Assembly (NCBI RefSeq): GCF_035084215.1
Contig: NC_090329.1
Coordinates: forward strand, 101,184,001 to 101,248,000
Length of the DNA stretch: 64,000 bases
Origin: Heptranchias perlo
Taxonomy: Eukaryota
Reading direction: 5' to 3'
In this document: positions 11,679 to 25,500 of the stretch, in pieces
How the letters are laid out: every line of letters begins with the position of its first letter
How positions within the stretch are numbered: position 1 is the first letter of the stretch
Translations under genes and position numbers: made by a program
Notes under the pieces: model-generated
The model's database searches: none
The model's input: only the letters and a program-made list of their open reading frames with translations
Told to the model about the DNA's origin: nothing

Positions 11679-13117
11679 GGGCCAGATTTTGGTGTCAAGA
11701 AAACGATGAGGCAAATGGCACAGCAATTTCAGGCAAGGGGCAGATGCACGGTTAATCTCAAATATCCAAAAGTTGCTGTCCGTGATGCGCTGCTGCGCAG
11801 TTAGCTTCGCGAAAATGGCATCTCACTGTCTGCCTCCCCATTGAAATGCACTGAATGAAGGAGTTCCTTTATTTGTGCTGTAGAATCATAGAAGTTTACA
11901 ACATGGAAACAGGCCCTTCGGCCCAACATGTCCATGTCGCCCAGTTTATACCACTAAGATAGTCCCAATTGCCTGCACTTGGCCCATATCAGTCTATACC
12001 CATCTTACCCATGTAACTGTCCAAATGCTTTTTAAAAGACAAAATTGTACCCGCCTCTACTACTGCCTCTGGCAGCTCATTCCAGACACTCACCACCCTT
12101 TGAGTGAAAAAATTGCCCCTCTGGACCCTTTTGTATCTCTCCCCTTAAATCTATGCCCCCTCTTTATAGACTCCCCTACCTTTGGGAAAAGATTTTGACT
12201 ATCTACCTTATCTATGCCCCTCATTATTTTATAGACTTCTATAAGATCAACCCTAAACCTCCTACTCTCCAGGGAAAAAAGTCTCAGTCTATCCAACCTC
12301 TCCCTATAAGTCAAACCATCAAGTCCCGGTAGCATCCTAGTAAATCTCTTCTGCACTCTTTCTAGTTTAATAATATCCTTTCTATAATAGGGTGACCAGA
12401 ACTGTACACAGTATTCCAAGTGTGGCCTCACTAATGTCTTGTACAACTTCAACAAGACATCCCAACTCCTGTATTCAATGTTCTGACCAATGAAACCAAG
12501 CATGCTGAATGCCTTCTTCACCACCCTATCCACCTGTGACTCCACTTTCAAGGAGCTATGAACCTGTACTCCTAGATCTCTTTGTTCTATAACTCTCCCC
12601 AACGCCCAAACTAAACTCACCACAGAAAGTCTTGTCCATTTCAAGTCTAAGTACCCTTTTAACAATGTGATAACTGTTAATTACTGCCAATCAACCTCTC
12701 TGGCACTGAAAATTAACAACAAATGTGGAGTCTCATTCCTTCAGATTTTAATTGGAGATTTTTTTTAAATTCCAATTTAAAATGATATTTTTAAACTTGT
12801 CCTTTGTCTCTTTTTTTCTCTTTCTTAATCCAATCTTTCTTTCTCTATTTCTGTACCTGATTTGACAATGAATTCACCCACTCTAATTTACATTTCCTTC
12901 TCAGTCCTTGGATTGTTAATTTCACAATCCTCCAATCTGATTGGTTAAAGAAATACATAGTTGCTTGCCCTGTTCACTCAGGTCCCAAATGCCCTGTTTC
13001 CCTCGCTGTGCTGTTATCAGCTTGCACTTTTAGCAACTTGCCACACAACAAAAAAAATCTAAACATGCAAAGGCACGTCTAACGGCAGATGCCATTTGCT
13101 TCAGCAAATTATGGCTC
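11679..13117. mobile_element. MITE (PIF/Harbinger-like), older copy interrupted by CR1
   Basis: Imperfect TIRs gggccagattttg/caaattatggctc; internally homologous to 20646-21389. Confidence 0.65.
11881..12607 (-). mobile_element. CR1 LINE 3' fragment nested in the MITE
   Basis: ORF 12090-12665 contains LVRPHLEYCVQFWSP; CR1 3' UTR and tail. Confidence 0.9.
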
Positions 13118-13236
13118 ATAGAGCCAGACAAATTTGTCACATTGATGAAGGATTCAGAAATGTATGAAATAAATAGGAAATTTAGGGAAAGTTAAAAATC
13201 ACAAAAGGACAACAGACCCAACATTAAAGCAAATAG

Positions 13237-15351
13237 TATAAGAACATAAGAAATAGGAGCCGGAGTAGGCCATCAAGCCCCTCGAGCCTGCTCTGCCATT
13301 CAACAAAATCATGGTTGATCTTCTACCTCAATGCCATTTTCCTGCACCATGCCCATATCCCTTGATGCCTTTAATATCAAGAAATCTATCGATCTCTGTA
13401 TTGAATGTACTCAATGACTGAGCCTCCACAGCCCTCTGCGGTAGAGAATTCCAAAGACTCACCACGCTCTGAGTGAAGAAATTTCTCCTCATCTCAGTCC
13501 TAAATGGCCCCTTATTCTAAGACTGTGACCCCTCGTTCCAGATTCCCCAGCCAGGGGAAACATCCTCCCTGTATCTACCCCGTCGAGCCCTGTAAGAATG
13601 TTGTATGTTTCAATGAGATCACCTCTCATTCTTCTAAACTCTAGGGAATACAGACCTAGTCTACTCAATCTCTCCTCATACGACAATCCCGCCATCCCAG
13701 GAATCAGTCTGGTGAACCTTTGTTGCACTCCCTCGATGGCAAGTATATCCTTTCTTAGGTAAGGAGACCAAAATTGTACACAATAGTCCAGGTGCAGTCT
13801 CACCAAGGCCCTATATAATTGCTGTAAGACATCTTTACTCCTGTACTCAAATCCTCTTGTAATAAAGGCCAACATACCATTTGCCTTCCTAATTGCTTGC
13901 TGCATGTTAGCTTTCAGTTACTCATGTACAAGGACTCCCAGGTCCCTTTGAACATCAACATTTCCCAATATCTTACCATTTAAAAAATACTCTATTTCTG
14001 TTTTTCCTACCAAAGTGGATAACTTCACATTTTCCACATTGTATTCTATCTGCCATGTTCTTGCCCACTCACTTAGCCTGTCTGTATCCCCTTGAAGCCT
14101 CCTCACAACTCACATTCTCACCTATTTTTTTTATCATCAGCAAACTTGGAAATATTACATTTGGTCCCCTCATCCAAATTATTGATAGATAGTGAATAGC
14201 TGGGGCCCAAGCACCGATCCCTGGGGTACCCCACTAGCCACAGTCTGCCAATCTGAGAAAGACCTGTTTATTCCTACTCTCCGTTTTCTGTCTGTTAACC
14301 AATTCTCAATCCATGCCAGTATATTACCCCCAATTCCACGTGCTCTAAACTTTGTTCACCAACCTCCTGTGTGGGACCTTACCAAAAGCCTTCTGACAAT
14401 CCAAATACACCACATCCACTGGTTCCCCCTTATCTATTCTACTAGTAACATCCTCAAAGAACTCCAATAGGTTTGTCAAACATGATTTCCCCTTCATAAA
14501 TCCATGTTGGCTCTGCCAATTCCTATTATTTTTTAAGTGTCCTATTATCACATCCTTTATAATAGATTCTAGCATTTTCCCTATTACTGTCAGGCTAACA
14601 GGTCTGCAGTTCCCTGTTTTCTCTCTCCCTCCTTTTTTAAATAGTGGGGTTACATTTGCTACCATCCAATCTGCAGGAACAGTGCCAGAATCTATAGAAT
14701 TTTGGAAGATGACAACAAATGTATCAGCTATCTCTCTAGCCACCTCTTTCAATACCCTGGGATGTCGATCATCAGGTCGTTGGGATTTATCAACCTTCAG
14801 TCCCATTAATTTCTCTAGTACTTTTTTTTTAAACTAATACTAATTTCTTTCAGTTCCTCATTCTCGCCAGACCCTTGGTTCTCTCGTATTTCTGTGAAGA
14901 CAGACACAAAGTATGTGTTTAATTTCTCTGCCATTTCCTTATTCCCCATTATAAATTCTCCCATCTGTCTGTAAGGGACCCACATTTGCTTTCGCCAGTC
15001 TTTTCCTTTTTACAAACCTATAGAAGCTTTTACAGTCCGTTTTTATGTTTCTCGCTAGTTTACTCTCATATTCTATTCTCCCTTTTTTAAAAATCAATTT
15101 CTTGGTCCTCCTTTGCTGGATTCTAAAATGCTCCCAATCCTCAGGCTTACTGTTTTTTTTTGGCAACTTTATATGCCTCTTCCTTTGATTTAGTACTATC
15201 TTTAATTTCTCGTTAGCCACGGTTGGACCACTTTTCCTGTTGGGTTTTTGTGCCTTAAAGGAATATATATTTGTTGCAAATTATGTATTAATTCTTTAAA
15301 TGCTAGCCATTGCCTGATAATAGTCATACCTTTTAATGTAGCTCCCCAATC
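13237..15351 (-). mobile_element. CR1 LINE, 5'-truncated
   Basis: ORFs 13489-13905, 14345-14806 (QHGFMKGKSCLTNLLEFFE) and 14939-15220. Confidence 0.92.
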
Positions 15352-16377
15352 ACCGCCCTTTGGGCCTGCTCCACCATTCAAAATGATCATGGATGATCGT
15401 CTAACTCAGTACCCTGTTCTCGCTTCTTCCCCATATCCCTTGATCCCTTTAGCATTAAGAAATATATCTATCTCCTTTTTGAATACATCGAATGACTTGG
15501 CCTCCACTGCCTTCTGTGGTAGAGAATTCCACAGGTTCACCACCCTCTGAGTGAAGAAATTTCTCCTCATCTCTGTTCTAAATGCATGCCCCATAACCTG
15601 AGACTGTGATCCCTGGTTCTGGACTCCCCAGCCATTGGGAACATCCTCCCTGCATCTAGTCTGTCTAGTCCTGTTAGAATTTTATATGTTTCGATGAGAT
15701 CACCTCTCATTCTTCTAAACTCTCGTGAATATAGGCCTAGTCGACCCAATCTCTCCTCATACGTCAGTCCTGCCATCCCAGGAATCAATCTGGTAAACCT
15801 TTGTTGCACTCCCTCCATGGCAAGGACATCCTTCCTCAGATAAGGAGACCAAAACTGCACACAATATTCCAGATGTGGTCTCACAAGGCCCTGTATAACT
15901 GCAGTAAGACATCCCTGCTCCTGTACTCAAACCCTCTTGCAATGAAGGCCAACATACCATTCCCCTTCCTAACTGCTTGCTGCACCTGAATGCTCACTTT
16001 CAGCGACTGGTGTACAAGGACACCCAGGTCTCATGGCACCTCCCCTTTTCCCAATCTATCACCATTCAGATAATAATCTGCCTTTCTATTTTTACAACCA
16101 AAATGGATAACCTCACATTTATCCACGTTATACTGCATCTGCCAAGTTCTTGCCCACTCACCCAACTTGTCTAAATCACATTGGAGTCTCTTTGCATCCT
16201 CCTCACAGCTCACATTCCACCCCAGCTTTGTGTCGTCTGCAAACTTGGAAATGTTACATTCCGTTCCCTCATCCAAATCATTGATATATATTGTGAATAG
16301 CTGGGGCCCAAGCACTGATCCCTGCGGTACCCCACTAGTCACTGCCTGCCACCCGGATAAAGACTCATTTATTCCAC
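15352..16377 (-). mobile_element. CR1 LINE fragment, same subfamily as 40544-42040
   Basis: GVPQGSVLGP…KFADDTKL; RPHLEYCVQFWSP; abuts the previous CR1 and lacks its terminal tail. Confidence 0.9.
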
Positions 16378-16529
16378 AGTATTAGTGCTAATTGCTGATC
16401 AATGGTATGTCTTTGGAGAAGGGGAGAGGTGGAGGGGGGGGAAATTGAGGGACATGGTGAGGTGGTGAAAAGATTGAGTTATGATTTTTGTACATGCAAC
16501 ATAAAAGTCTCATAACAAGGGTTTACAGC

Positions 16530-17160
16530 AACATAAGAACATAAAAAATGAGCTGGGGTAGGCCATACGGCCCCTCGAGCCTGCTCCGCCATTCAATCAG
16601 ATCATGGCTGATCTTCAACCTCAACTCCACTTTCCTGCCCGATCCCCATATCCCTTAGAGTCCAAACATCTATCGATCTCAGCCTTGAATATACTCAACA
16701 ACTCAGCATCCACAGCCCTCTGGAGTAGAGAATTCCAAAGGTTCACAACCAACTGAGTGAAGAAATTCCTCCTCACCTCAGTCTTAAATGGCTGACCCCT
16801 TATCTTGAGACCATGCCCCCTAGTTCTAGACTCTCCAGCCAGGGGAAACAACCTCAAGCATCTACCCTGTCAAGCCCCCCAGAATTTTATTCGTTTCAAT
16901 GAGATCATCTCTCATTCTTCTAAAGTCCAGAGAATATAGGTCCATTCTACTCAACCTCTCCTCATAGGACAACCCCCTCATCCCAGGAATTAATCTAGTG
17001 AACCTTCGTTGCACCACCTCGAAGGCGAGTATACCCTTCCTTAGATAAGGAGACCAAAACTGTACAGTACTCCAGGTGAGGTCTCACCAAAGCACTGTAC
17101 AATAGTAGTAAGACTTCCTTACTCTTGTACTCCAACCCCCTTGCAATAAAGGCCAACATA
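16530..17160 (-). mobile_element. CR1 LINE 3' fragment
   Basis: ORFs 16621-16857 and 16995-17213; CR1 tail. Confidence 0.88.
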
Positions 17161-18290
17161 CTGTAAACGCTACTGCCGACATGCATAATCTTACATGGAG
17201 TAAGAGACAACATGATGAACTACAACCTAGTCCACAATGACACCAGAAGTAAAACAGGATTTCTCTCAATTTATTTATATCTTCAACGAGTTACTTCCAT
17301 GTGATGTCATTTGTACCACTGCGTTCGCTCAAAATATAATCTGCCTTATGGAAATAATATGATGAGGCCTGGTGAATTGAAACCACTGCAATAGCAGCAC
17401 AGAGATATAGTTCGACTCCCTACTTCCTAAAGCTCTAAACTTGAACCACCAAATATTCCCCAAGCAGAAATTAATTAGGATAAAAACGGGGCATAGAAAT
17501 GGAGCAGAGATAAGCCCACCATACTGTTGTTTAAAATGTGCCAATCTAGAAAAGTGCAATTTAATACGACTGGCACTGTGTAGTTATATTAGACCCATGT
17601 AGTTGATATTGCAGGAAAACCATGTAAAAATGGAAGGACGCTACCTCCATTATGCAGAAGCAGATGGCAGCCAGAGAGACATACCTTCTTTGCAAAGTAT
17701 AGAAAGTCATGGAAGTTTCTCAGACTACAACTATTTTACCAGATTAAAGCATTTTTTCATTGTAAACTAGATTTGAAATCAGCCACAAGTCTTTTCTTTG
17801 CTCCCTCCTCACTCTCTTGCTGTAGTCACTGTTTGTCATCATACCATTACATGGCATTCTCATTTAGAAATTTCAAGGATAGCTAATGTGGAAGACAGAG
17901 GCAATGTCTTTAGAGGTTAAGGTATGATTGGGGCAGAATAAGGAGCATCACCTTGAATCTAGCTTGCGCTCACTTGCTGCAGTCAGCGAAGTGAGAGTGA
18001 AGAAGTGCTCCATTCCCTACTATTTGCATCCCAGACTTAAAATACACCAAATGCACCTTTCGTCTTCCACTATAGAAAAGATATTTCAATCTTTAGCACT
18101 GTTGGCTCTCAGCTAGGAGAGAGAAGAATGATTATAACACCCCTTCCGCTCCACCACCCAAAAGAAGCCAGTTAAAAGGCAAAATGTTAATGCTTTCCCT
18201 GTTCACTAATGGACAATACCCAACAATCAGTTAAGCAAAACCCAGGAGTTTTTCAACTGGAGGTTACACAAAGTTCTATTTAACACTTAC

Positions 18291-18408
18291 CTCCTTGCTT
18301 TTTTAAAGCAAATGTTCTGCTACAAGAGAAGATTGGGGAATCATTAACCTTTTCACTATCTTCATTACAGCATTGCAAATTTGGGGAACTGATGACACTT
18401 GAACCATA
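18291..18408 (-). CDS. TTK: TTK exon, middle region
   Basis: 118 nt, phase 0-1, tttcag|…|gtaagt; open frame YGSSVISSPNL…. Confidence 0.78.
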
Positions 18409-19436
18409 CTGAAAGTGTAAAATAAACACACATGAAGAACTTCAATATATGGTTAATAGTTATTGGAGACATTTCAGTACAGAATAGAATAGTGACCACC
18501 CATAAATTACAATGAATAAAAATAAAGCTGGTACATGCATCATTTCATTTCTACAAACGCATCTTTTAATTTTTCAGGTATCCTTTACTTAAGCCAGAAA
18601 GACAAACCGAAAACCTCAGGTCTAAAATATGCCCATTTAAATCACTGAATATACATGAAATAATTCTGAAATAAAAATAGAAAATGCTGGAAAAGCACAG
18701 AAGGTGCTTCAGCATTTGAAAAAGACATGCTAATGATGCCAATTGATGGGGGTGGCCAGAGGAAAGAGCCCACGTCAGACCTTTTAACATAACTAAACGT
18801 ACTCCATCCAGATAGTCACGTTTTTGGAGCTAGGTTCAAAATCTAGCAATGCAAGCACTGACCAGTCTTCCACCACTTATTCTAAGAGGACAAAGACCAC
18901 TTGCATTTATATAGCACCTTTAACAGAGAAAAACTTTCCAAAGTATTTTATGGATGTGTGACCAAAAAACTGACACTGAGCCAAAGGAGGAGTGACCAAA
19001 AGCATAAAATCAGTGCCACCTCATTTAAAAAAATACACATTACAAAATCAAAAAGTGTTTGAAAGGAAGGATTCCAAAACATTTGTCTAATTAATATAAA
19101 AATTGGCAGACGTTGCCCCTTTCATCTACCCACTAATATGTTAGATCGGATAAAATCTGCAAATTCTGTTACATCAATTTATATGCTTGTAATAAAAGAA
19201 TTCAAAGCAATGGACGTAGCATGTTGAACAGAGTGGAGAATACACATTTACATTCAAAGCTTACTGTGTAGCAAGTTCTCAATTTCAACTGCACCGTTGT
19301 AAGAGAAGCCACATAGAAACCAGATACTTTCTTATGGGAGAACTTCACTATGTAAGCAGCTGGCTTGAGAGAAGCCTCTATTAGTTGCCTGCCTGTAGTG
19401 TTGGCTGAAGAGTTTGAAAGAGGTTAAATAAATTAC

Positions 19437-19515
19437 CTTCAGGTCATAGGCACACGGATCTGGTTGAAGCATTGATGAAGCTAATACACGCATTGCTTTT
19501 GTTGGACAGGTGCGC
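19437..19515 (-). CDS. TTK: TTK exon, middle region
   Basis: 79 nt, phase 2-0, ctcttcag|…AAG|gtaatt. Confidence 0.75.
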
Positions 19516-19847
19516 CTGAAGAGTAAACAATGAGAAGTTATCTAGAGAATTAAGTACAACCAATTACATAACAAAGCATGTAGTACTCCTACAACATTCT
19601 TATCACTGCAGAAAGCAGTTTTTAATATCTTAATCAGTGTTATACTTGCCACAAATCACCAGGCACAAGTTATTTTATGATATACCTAATGTCAAAAATC
19701 TGGTTAACACACCAAATATACTGCCCATGGTGGGAAATAGGAGCCACTGATAGGGTTTTAAAAAAAGTATTCACCCACTAGTTAGCTTTGAGTAAAAGAT
19801 AACTATGTATTCACGAGTTACACAATTATGAATTTGTTATGCTTTAC

Positions 19848-19936
19848 ATCTTCACAGAAGCAACATCCATCTTCTTTAAGCCACTCACTGCTTCATTCAT
19901 TATTGGCTGAAGGGGGACACTGCCTGCTTGTAAGAT
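19848..19936 (-). CDS. TTK: TTK exon containing the MR-like motif
   Basis: 89 nt, phase 0-2, ttttcttcacag|…|gtaaag; GSVPLQP resembles human FGRVPVNL. Confidence 0.8.
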
Positions 19937-20645
19937 CTGTGAAGAAAACAAAGATTTTTTATGCTGCAACAATTGATTTTTTTGGGGGGTGGGGAGAAAT
20001 TACAATGACCATGCTGAGCCACATTGCCCTCATTTAACAACACTAACCTGCCACCTTTGTTCAATAAAGATCTTGCTTTAACCTAGATTCAATGATTATT
20101 TGACGTTTAAGTTTAGGTAAAATATACTGCATTGAGCTCATGTGAACTCATATGTGCCTGAATGCATTCAACTGAAAAGTAATATAACAGATGCAATTTT
20201 AAACTAAAATGGCACTGTTACACTCCCAAAGTAAATACTTAGCTGAATCAGATTTTATTCACTTAAAATATTTTTGAACTTGGGACCGCTGAGAACATTA
20301 ATAAAGCAATCAAACTAACAAATGCCAATTGATTTTTAAACCGTTATCATAGCTTATCCGATCGTATCATCACAAAGTTGCTTTCATTATTTAGATAATC
20401 CATCTTATTCTCAACTAATCCTGAATGTTTTTCTCTGACTCTGAAATGGTAACAGACCAAAAAAATTGATTTCACTGCTTTTCCATGGATTCAGCACCTG
20501 CAAACAAGTCACAGCTCTCGACAAAAATATGAAGTTCTAGCCTAGGTTTTAAAAGGGACTGAGACGTTCAAGTAAAAACTTTAATGAAGGTTTTGAAAGA
20601 CACAAAAGACAATGGATACATTTAAACATGCTATTGTGCAATAAT

Positions 20646-21389
20646 GGGCCGAATTTTGCAGTGAAAATAATGGCGAGGCTAACAGCGTTCACTTATTTCT
20701 GTGCAAATGGTACAGCAACTTCCGGTGACCACACATACGCAGTTAAATGCGGAAATACGGAAGTTGCTCACCGGATGCTCTGCTCCTCCGTAAGTTCTGC
20801 AAAGACGCCTGGCTCCCCATTCAAATGAATGGAACAGCGTGGAGCTCCTGCACTGATGCCATACTTACGGACTAATCTTAGTTTGTGCTTGTCCGTACTT
20901 ACGGACTAATCAAAGTTTGTGCTTGTCCATTCCGATGCAAGTACCCTTTTAACAGCATGGTAAGTCTTAATTACTGCCAAACAGCCTCTCTGGCATTGAA
21001 AATTGACCTTAAGGGCAGAGTTTCATTCCTTCAGATTTTAATTGTTGTTGGACATTTAAAAGAAAATTAAATACATTGTTTTAAACTTGGTCCCTTAATT
21101 CAATATTTCTTACCTTCTCTTTATTTTGCTTTCTGTACCTGATTTGACATTAAATTTGCTATTCTAACTTACGTTTCCTGGCTCAGTCTCTGTGTGGCTT
21201 ATTAATAAGCTTCATTCTGATTGGTTATGGGGATAGATAGTTGCTCGCCCCGTTCACACAGGTCCCAGATGCCCTGTAGAGGGCGCCATTCTTTTTGGCT
21301 CTTTAATTTACAGGAAATTGCCGTGCAAAAGCTCAGTCTATGGTCGAGTGCAAGTCTCTGTTCCTTCGCTGCTCAACAAAATCCGGCCC
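20646..21389. mobile_element. MITE (PIF/Harbinger-like)
   Basis: TIRs GGGCCGAATTTTG/CAAAATCCGGCCC; AAT/ATT flanks; non-coding; internal ~34-bp tandem duplication at ~20862-20928. Confidence 0.75.
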
Positions 21390-21829
21390 ATTATCTTTTG
21401 AACTTTTTTTAAAAAAGGGTTTAAAACCACATGTTGGACAATAGAAATGTTATGTAAAAAAAGTGGCAGATATTTTTTTCAGAAGGTATTTAAAAGGATT
21501 TTGGGGGGAAAAAATGGAGAGAGAGATCATTGTTACAGTCCACTGTTACTTAACATTGGAATTCACATTAGAAACATTTACATAACATTTAATATAAAAT
21601 CTTGACATGGAAGTGTGGGGGGACCAGATGTGTATGCATTACACAAGGTTCTTCTATACATAGAGATAGAATAGAAACTTGAATGAACATATTGTATGCA
21701 AGTCCCAAATTTGCATACAACAAAAATCAGATTATCAATGCAAATTATGAGAAATGGTAAAACCAGACTCTCAAATAACTAATATGGGACCATGGATTAA
21801 CATGGCATATGCTGATTAAAAACATGATA

Positions 21830-22230
21830 AGTTAGTCAAAAGCACATTGGTTAGAGCCCATTTAAAGTATTATGTGCAGTTCTGGCCATCCAATTGTACA
21901 AAGATAATAGTTCTCTTGCATAGAGGTAAGCAACAAATTTTCTTTACAAAATAAGTTTAAATGATGTCAGGCTTATCATTGGAAAAGCAGAAACTTCAAA
22001 TTAAAGTTTAAGATTATGAAAGAGACAAAGCTGATTCAGAAAAGTTATTACATGACAAAATGGTACAAATTTCAGTAATGCATAAGTTAAAAATCAAGAC
22101 AGAATTTATTTTTTCAAATACACAAATGGGTAACATGGATCAAGTTGGTAAGAAAGGCCAAAGAAACAAATTGTGCAAGTTCAAGTGACAAGAATTCCTG
22201 AAGAAAGAAAGGATTGGAGGGACATGGAAA
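21830..22230 (+). mobile_element. Very old CR1 3' remnant
   Basis: ttggttagagcccatttaaagtattatgtgcagttctgg resembles the LVRPHLEYCVQFW coding sequence. Confidence 0.55.
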
Positions 22231-22508
22231 GTTGTTTGGTTTGTATTGAGATAGATAACAAAAGTAGCATCACCCTCTCATTCTGTTCCCATGGGAGACT
22301 GTGAGATCACATTTCTGTATGGGTGTTATATACAAAAGGCACCAGCAGCTAAAGGCATGACCAGTCTTTATTTAGTAACCATAAAAATCAGTGAAAATTG
22401 AGTTATGTTTATTTGAGACATAACTGAGCACAAATCAGGAAATCAATAATTTCAAGGAAATTAGTAGTTTAAATTGGAGAAAACAAGAATACATGGACAC
22501 TTGTATTC

Positions 22509-25500
22509 GGGGACGGTAGCATAGTGGTTATGTTACTGGACTAGTAATCCAGACGCTGGACCAAAATCCGGAGTCATGAGTTCAAATTCCACCACGGCAG
22601 CTGGCGAATTTAAATTCAATTAATTGAAATCAATTAATTAAACAAAAGTCTGGAATTAAAATACTAGTATCAGTAATGGTGGCCATGAAAACTACCGGAT
22701 TGTCGTAAAAACCCATCTGGTTCACTAATGTCCTTTAGGGAAGGAAACCTGCCGTCCTTACCCGGTCTGGCCTATATGTAACTCCAGACCCACAGCAATG
22801 TGGTTGATTCTTAATTGCCCTCGGAAATTGCCTAGCAAGCCACTCAGTTGTAAAATCTCGCTACGAAAAGTCATAATAAGAATAAAACCGGACGGATCAC
22901 TAGGCACCGGACACGACAACGGCAAACCAAGCCCAGTCGACCCTGCAAAGTCCTCCTCACTAACATCTGGGGACTTGTGCCAAGATTGGGAGAGCTGTCC
23001 CACAGACTAGTCAAGCAACAGCCTGACACAGCCATACTCACAGAATCATACCTTTCAGCCAACATACCAGACTCTTCCATCACCATCCCTGGGTGTGTCC
23101 TGTCCCACCGGCAGGACAGACCCACCAGAGGTGGTGGTACAGTGATATACAGTCAGAAGGGAGTGGCCCTGGGAGTCCTTAACATTGACTCTGGACCCCA
23201 TGAAATCTCATGGCATCAGGTCAAACATGGGCAAGGAAACCTCCTGCTGATTATCTCCTACCGTCCTTCCTCAGCTGATCAATCAGTCCTCCTCCATGTT
23301 TTACACCACTTGGAGGAAGCACTGAGGGTAGCAAGGGCACAGAATGTACTCTGGGTGGCGGTCTTCAATGTCCATCACCAAGAGTGGCTCGGTAGCACCA
23401 CTACTGACCGAGCTGGCAGAGTCCTGAAGGACACAGCTGCCAGACTGGGCCTGCGGCAGGTGGTGAGCAAGGGAAAAACTTACTTGACCTCGTCCTCACC
23501 AATCTACCTGTCGCAAATGCATCTGTCCATGACAGTATTGGTAGGAGTGACCACCGCACAGTCCTTGTGGAGATGAAGTCCCGTCTTTGCACTGAGGACA
23601 CCATCCAACGTGTTGTGTGGCACTACCACCGTGCTAAATGGGATAGATTCAGAATCGATCCAGCAGCTCAAAACTGGGCATCCATCAGCAGCAGCAAAAT
23701 TGTATTCCAGCACAATCTGTAACCTCATGGCCCAGCATATTCCTCACTCTACCATTACCAACAAGCCAGGGGATCAACCCTGGTTCAATGAGGAGTGTAG
23801 AACAGCATGCCAGGAGCAGCACCAGGCGTACCTAAAAATGGGGTGCCAACCTGGTGAAGCTACAACTCAGGACTACATACATGCTAAACAGCAGAAGCAG
23901 CATGCAATAGACAGAGCTAAGCGATTCCACAACCAACGGATCAGATCAAAGCTCTGCAGTCCTGCCACATCCAGTCGTGAACGGTGGTGGACAATTAAAC
24001 AACTAACGAGAGGAGGAGGTTCTGCAAACATCCCCATCCTCAATGATGGCGGAGTCCAGCACATGAGTGCAAAAGATAAGGCTGAGTGGATGATCCATCT
24101 CTGCCTCCTCCCGATATCCCCACCATCACAGAAGCCAGTCTTCAGCCAATTCAATTCACTCCACGTGATATCAAGAAACGGCTGAGTGACTGGATACAGC
24201 AAAGGCTATGGGCCCCGACAACATCACGGCTGTAGTGCTGAAGACTTGTGCTCCAGAACTAGCTGCGCCTCTAGCCAAGCTGTTCCAGTACAGCTACAAC
24301 ACTGGCATTTACCAGACAATGTGGAAAATTGCCCAGGTATGTCCTGTCCACAAAAAGCAGGACAAATCCAATCTGGCCAATTACTGCCCCATCAGTCTAC
24401 TCTCAATCATCAAACTGATGGAAGATGTCGACAGTGCTATCAAGCGGCACTTACTCACCAATAACCTGCTCACCGATGCTCAGTTTGGGTTCCGCCAGGA
24501 CCACTCGGCTCCAGACTTCATTACAGCCTTGGTCCAAACATGGACAAAAGAGCTGAATTCCAGAGGTGAGGCGAGAGTGACTGCCCTTGACATCAAGGCA
24601 GCATTTGACCGAGTGTGGCACCAAGGAGCCCTAGTAAAATTGAATTCAATGGGAATCAGGGGGAAAACTCTCCAGTGGCTGGAGTCATACCTCGCACAAA
24701 GGAAGATGGTAGTGGTTGTTGGAGGGCAATCATCTCAGCCCCAGGACATTGCTGCAGGAGTTCCTCAGGGCAGTGTCCGAGGCCCAACCATCTTCAGCTG
24801 CTTCATCAATGACCTTCCTTCCATCATAAGGTCAGAAATGGGGATGGTCGATGATTGCAAAGTGTTCAGTTCCATTCGCAACCCCTCAAATAACGAAGCA
24901 GTCAGAGCCCGCATGCAGCAAGACCTGGACAACATCCAGGCTTGGGCTCAGAAGTGGCAAGTAACATTCGCGCCAGATAAGTGCCAGGCAATGACCATCT
25001 CCAACAAGAGAGAGTCTAACCACCTCCCCTTGACATTCAACGGCATTACCATCGCCGAATCCCCCACCATCAACATCCTGGGGGTCACCATTGACCAGAA
25101 ACTTAACTGGACCAGCCATATAAATACTGTGGCTACGAGAGCAGGTCAGAGGCTGGGTATTCTGCGGCGAGTGACTCACCTCCTGACTCGCCAAACCCTT
25201 TCCACCATCTACAAGGCACAAGTCAGGAGTGTGATGGAATACTCTTCACTTGCTTGGATGAGTGCAGCTCCAACAACACTCAAGAAGCTCGACACCATCC
25301 AAGATAAAGCTGCCCACTTGATTGACACCCCATCCACCACCCTAAACATTCACTCCCTTCACCACTGGCGCACAGTGGCTGCAGTGTGTACCATTCACAG
25401 GATGCACTGCAGCAACTCGCCAAGGCTTCTTCGACAGCACCTCCCAAACCCGCGACCTCTACCACCTAGAAGGACAAGAGCAGCAGGCACATGGGAAGAA

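Noticed and set aside
22509-22600. Functional tRNA gene (anticodon-like AGT loop)
   Set aside because: No proper acceptor stem or downstream terminator; it continues into retroelement sequence that is present in other copies.
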